From an uncultured Candidatus Rokubacteria bacterium (GTDB lineage: Bacteria; Methylomirabilota; Methylomirabilia; Rokubacteriales; CSP1-6): a stretch of DNA of 64,000 bases. The stretch is taken from positions 576,001-640,000 of the forward strand of contig CAVWWD010000003.1 in the NCBI GenBank assembly GCA_963758635.1, in the 5' to 3' direction. Both the position numbers and the translations under genes were made by a program. This document shows positions 59,477 through 64,000 of this stretch, one piece after another (within the stretch, counting starts at the first letter, position 1; each line of letters starts with the position of its first letter). The notes under the pieces were generated by a model, which saw only the letters and a list, made by a program, of their open reading frames with translations, was not told where the DNA came from and searched no databases.

Positions 59477-60484
59477 ATGATGCGCGACTACTACGCGGTG
59501 CTGGGTCTCGGAGTGGCCGCCACGCCGACGCAGATCCGGCATGCCTACCAGCGGCTCGCCCGCCGGTATTCCCCGGACGTGAATCTCTGGGACCGGGAGG
59601 CCCAGTCCCTGTTCGAGGAGATCTCCCAGGCGTATCGGGTGCTGAGCGATCCCTCGGCGCGCCAGCTCTACGACCGGCAGCCGGGGCCGCGCCCCGGTCA
59701 AGAGCGCGGCGCCGGCGAGCGGCGCGGGCGTCGCGGCGACGACCTGCACGTGCCGGTCGCGCTGACACTGGCCCAGGCCTACAGCGGGTTGACGCTGGAT
59801 CTGCCTGTCGACCGGCTCTCGCCGTGCGTGGCGTGCACCGCTACCGGCGCCCGGCCGGGCGCCCGCGCCGGCGCGTGCGGCCACTGCGCAGGCACGGGCG
59901 CCGTCTGGCGCCGGGACGGCGTCGTGGCCTCGCCCGAGCCGTGCCCGGCGTGCGACGGGTCGGGCCAGCGTGTGACCGAACCGTGCGATGACTGCCGGGG
60001 CCGCGGGGTGCGGACGGCCCATGCGGTGGTGCCGGCGGGGATCCCCGCCGGCGTCGACACCGGCGGTCAGATCCGTGTGCCCGGGGAAGGCCACGCCGGG
60101 CCCTTCGGTGGCGCCCGTGGCGACCTGGTCGTCCTCACCCGCGTGCACGACGATCCCTCATTCGCGCGCAAGGGCGACAACCTGCACTGCGATCTGACGG
60201 TGAGCGTGGCGGAAGTCCTGCTGGGTGCGCGCATCCCGCTCGCCACGCCCAACGGGCCGCTCGACCTCGTGCTGCCGCCCGGAACGCAGAGCGGCCAGAT
60301 GCTCCGCGTGCGCGGCAAGGGGATGCCGCGGCTCGCCGGCGAGGGCAAGGGGGACCTCTACGTCACCGCGCGGGTCGAGATCCCGCGCGACCTCGACGTG
60401 CGCACGCAGGAGATGGTGCGGGCGCTGGGGCGTCTCCTGCCCGGCCCGCGTGGCGGGGCGCCACGGAGGAGCGCGCAGACATGA
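59477..60484 (+). CDS. dnaJ: DnaJ-like co-chaperone with four CxxCxGxG-type repeats; HPD replaced by SPD
   Basis: DYYAVLG, RRYSPDVN, AY.VLSD, four Zn motifs, C-terminal GDL domains. Confidence 0.85.
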   Translation: MMRDYYAVLGLGVAATPTQIRHAYQRLARRYSPDVNLWDREAQSLFEEISQAYRVLSDPSARQLYDRQPGPRPGQERGAGERRGRRGDDLHVPVALTLAQAYSGLTLDLPVDRLSPCVACTATGARPGARAGACGHCAGTGAVWRRDGVVASPEPCPACDGSGQRVTEPCDDCRGRGVRTAHAVVPAGIPAGVDTGGQIRVPGEGHAGPFGGARGDLVVLTRVHDDPSFARKGDNLHCDLTVSVAEVLLGARIPLATPNGPLDLVLPPGTQSGQMLRVRGKGMPRLAGEGKGDLYVTARVEIPRDLDVRTQEMVRALGRLLPGPRGGAPRRSAQT

Positions 60485-60867
60485 CCGACCGGGGCAAGCC
60501 GCTGTACATGATCGGCGTGGTGGCCGAGATGCTGAAGATGCACCCGCAGACGCTCCGGATGTACGAGAGGAAGGGGCTCATCCGCCCCAGTCGGACCGTC
60601 GGGAAGACTCGCATGTACTCGGTGGACGACGTCGAGGAGATCGCCCGGCTCGTGCGGCTCACGCGTGACCTCGGAGTGAATCTGGCCGGGGTCGAGATCA
60701 TCCTAAAGATGAGGAGCCGCATGATCGAGATGCAGCGAGAGATCGAGCAGCTCATGCACTACGTGCGGGAGGACGCTGCGCAGTCGTCGGACGGCCGGGC
60801 CCGCAACACGGGCGAGGCTCTTGTGCGCGCCGCGACCAGCCAGCTCCGACCGGTCGATCTCTTCTGA
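60481..60867 (+). CDS. hspR: MerR-family heat-shock repressor
   Basis: [32 protein letters not shown]; position after dnaJ. Confidence 0.9.
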   Translation: MTDRGKPLYMIGVVAEMLKMHPQTLRMYERKGLIRPSRTVGKTRMYSVDDVEEIARLVRLTRDLGVNLAGVEIILKMRSRMIEMQREIEQLMHYVREDAAQSSDGRARNTGEALVRAATSQLRPVDLF

Positions 60868-60881
60868 GAGAGGACCATCAC

Positions 60882-63311
<2,430 letters not shown>

Positions 63312-63389
63312 TGACCCGCGCAGAATGCGGTAACCGCCACGGGCCTCTACAGTCCCACCGCTCGGCATTGGTCTGATGCGCGGGGCTCA
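63312..63389 (+). ncRNA. Family B structured element directly after the lon stop codon
   Basis: TGACCCGCGCAGAATGCGGTAACCGCCACGGGCCTCTACAGTCCCACCGCTCGGCATTGGTCTGATGCGCGGGGCTCA; second copy at 51167-51243. Confidence 0.5.
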
Positions 63390-63422
63390 CTAGCGTAACG
63401 TCGTGCCGACACAGGCTGAAAT

Positions 63423-63459
63423 CGGGAGTCCGATTCCGGGTTGCCGGGTCGGACTCCCG
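63423..63459. terminator. Inverted repeat between lon and the transglycosylase gene
   Basis: CGGGAGTCCGA ... TCGGACTCCCG perfect 11-bp arms. Confidence 0.5.
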
Positions 63460-63468
63460 TCCGCTATC

Positions 63469-64000
63469 GTGGAAGCAGTCGTGCTGAGACGCCTCATCCT
63501 CGGCTCTTCCATGCTGCTCCTCCTCGGGCCCGCCCCTGGCGGCGCCGCACCTTCCTATCAGCTGACCGACACCGAAGGTGTGACCCACTTCACCAACGCG
63601 CCGACCGACCCGCGCTACCGCCGCATCGCCGGCATGTCGGGGACGGCCGTGGGGTGGCTGCGCATCCCCGAGGCCGCGCGCCTCCGCTACGCCGACGAGA
63701 TCGCAGGCGGCCGCTTCGCGCCATGGCGTGGATCAGGCGCTCGTCCAGTCGGTGATCAGGGTGGAGTCCGCGTTCAACCCGTGGGCCGTCTCCCCCAAGG
63801 GCGCGCAGGGCTTGATGCAGCTGATGCCGCAGACGGCCTCGTCGCTCGGGGTGCGGGACGCGTTCAACCCTCGCCAGAACATCGACGGGGGCGTTCGACA
63901 CCTTCGCTACCTGATCGACCGGTTCCCGGGCAACGTGTCGCTGGCTCTGGCCGCTTACAATGCCGGCGAGAACGCGGTCAACGCGTACCGCGGTGTCCCG
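63469..64000 (+). CDS. Lytic transglycosylase (SLT) with DUF4124-like N-terminus, partial; frameshift near 63703
   Basis: Manual translation: signal peptide, TDTEGVTHFTN.P, VIRVESAFNP.AVS.KGAQGLMQLMP, ALAAYNAG. Confidence 0.88.
   Translation, partial: MEAVVLRRLILGSSMLLLLGPAPGGAAPSYQLTDTEGVTHFTNAPTDPRYRRIAGMSGTAVGWLRIPEAARLRYADEIAGGRFAPWRGSGARPVGDQGGVRVQPVGRLPQGRAGLDAADAADGLVARGAGRVQPSPEHRRGRSTPSLPDRPVPGQRVAGSGRLQCRRERGQRVPRCP

Overview
Very GC-rich bacterial chromosomal window. Gene content and order suggest Ca. Rokubacteria/Methylomirabilota or a similar deltaproteobacteria-like lineage (inference only). Isolated single-base frameshifts in conserved genes (livM, pilB, pilT, CHAT, SLT) point to long-read indel errors. 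From left to right: (1) a putative aromatic-oxidation operon (cupin, LigA/LigB-type dioxygenase, CADD/PqqC-like heme-oxygenase-like diiron enzyme, Rieske ferredoxin, GlcG); (2) a VapBC-type TA pair and a GT-C glycosyltransferase; (3) a heavily frameshifted Hhe-like DUF4011 helicase-nuclease surrounded by gene debris; (4) a CHASE2 cyclase / DUF928-like TPR / exported CHAT protease module; (5) amino-acid metabolism genes and a liv ABC operon; (6) TPR-efp-accB-ribBX-accC; (7) an inserted partner-switching module containing a NOX-like flavocytochrome; (8) aroB and a large type IV pilus locus with a TMTC-like glycosyltransferase between pilA and pilD, a sigma54 pilA promoter and no pilSR; (9) mazG-macro; (10) an HspR/HAIR-controlled hsp20-dnaK-dnaJ(SPD)-hspR-lon operon; (11) a lytic transglycosylase. 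The best novelty candidates are the HDO-Rieske-LigAB pathway, the TMTC-like pilin glycosylation system, the NOX partner-switch module, and two families of structured non-coding elements at gene junctions: a 78-nt element starting at the stop codons of pilT and lon, and a tandem-G.A hairpin with compensatory changes. No rRNA, tRNA, CRISPR array or transposase was recognised.
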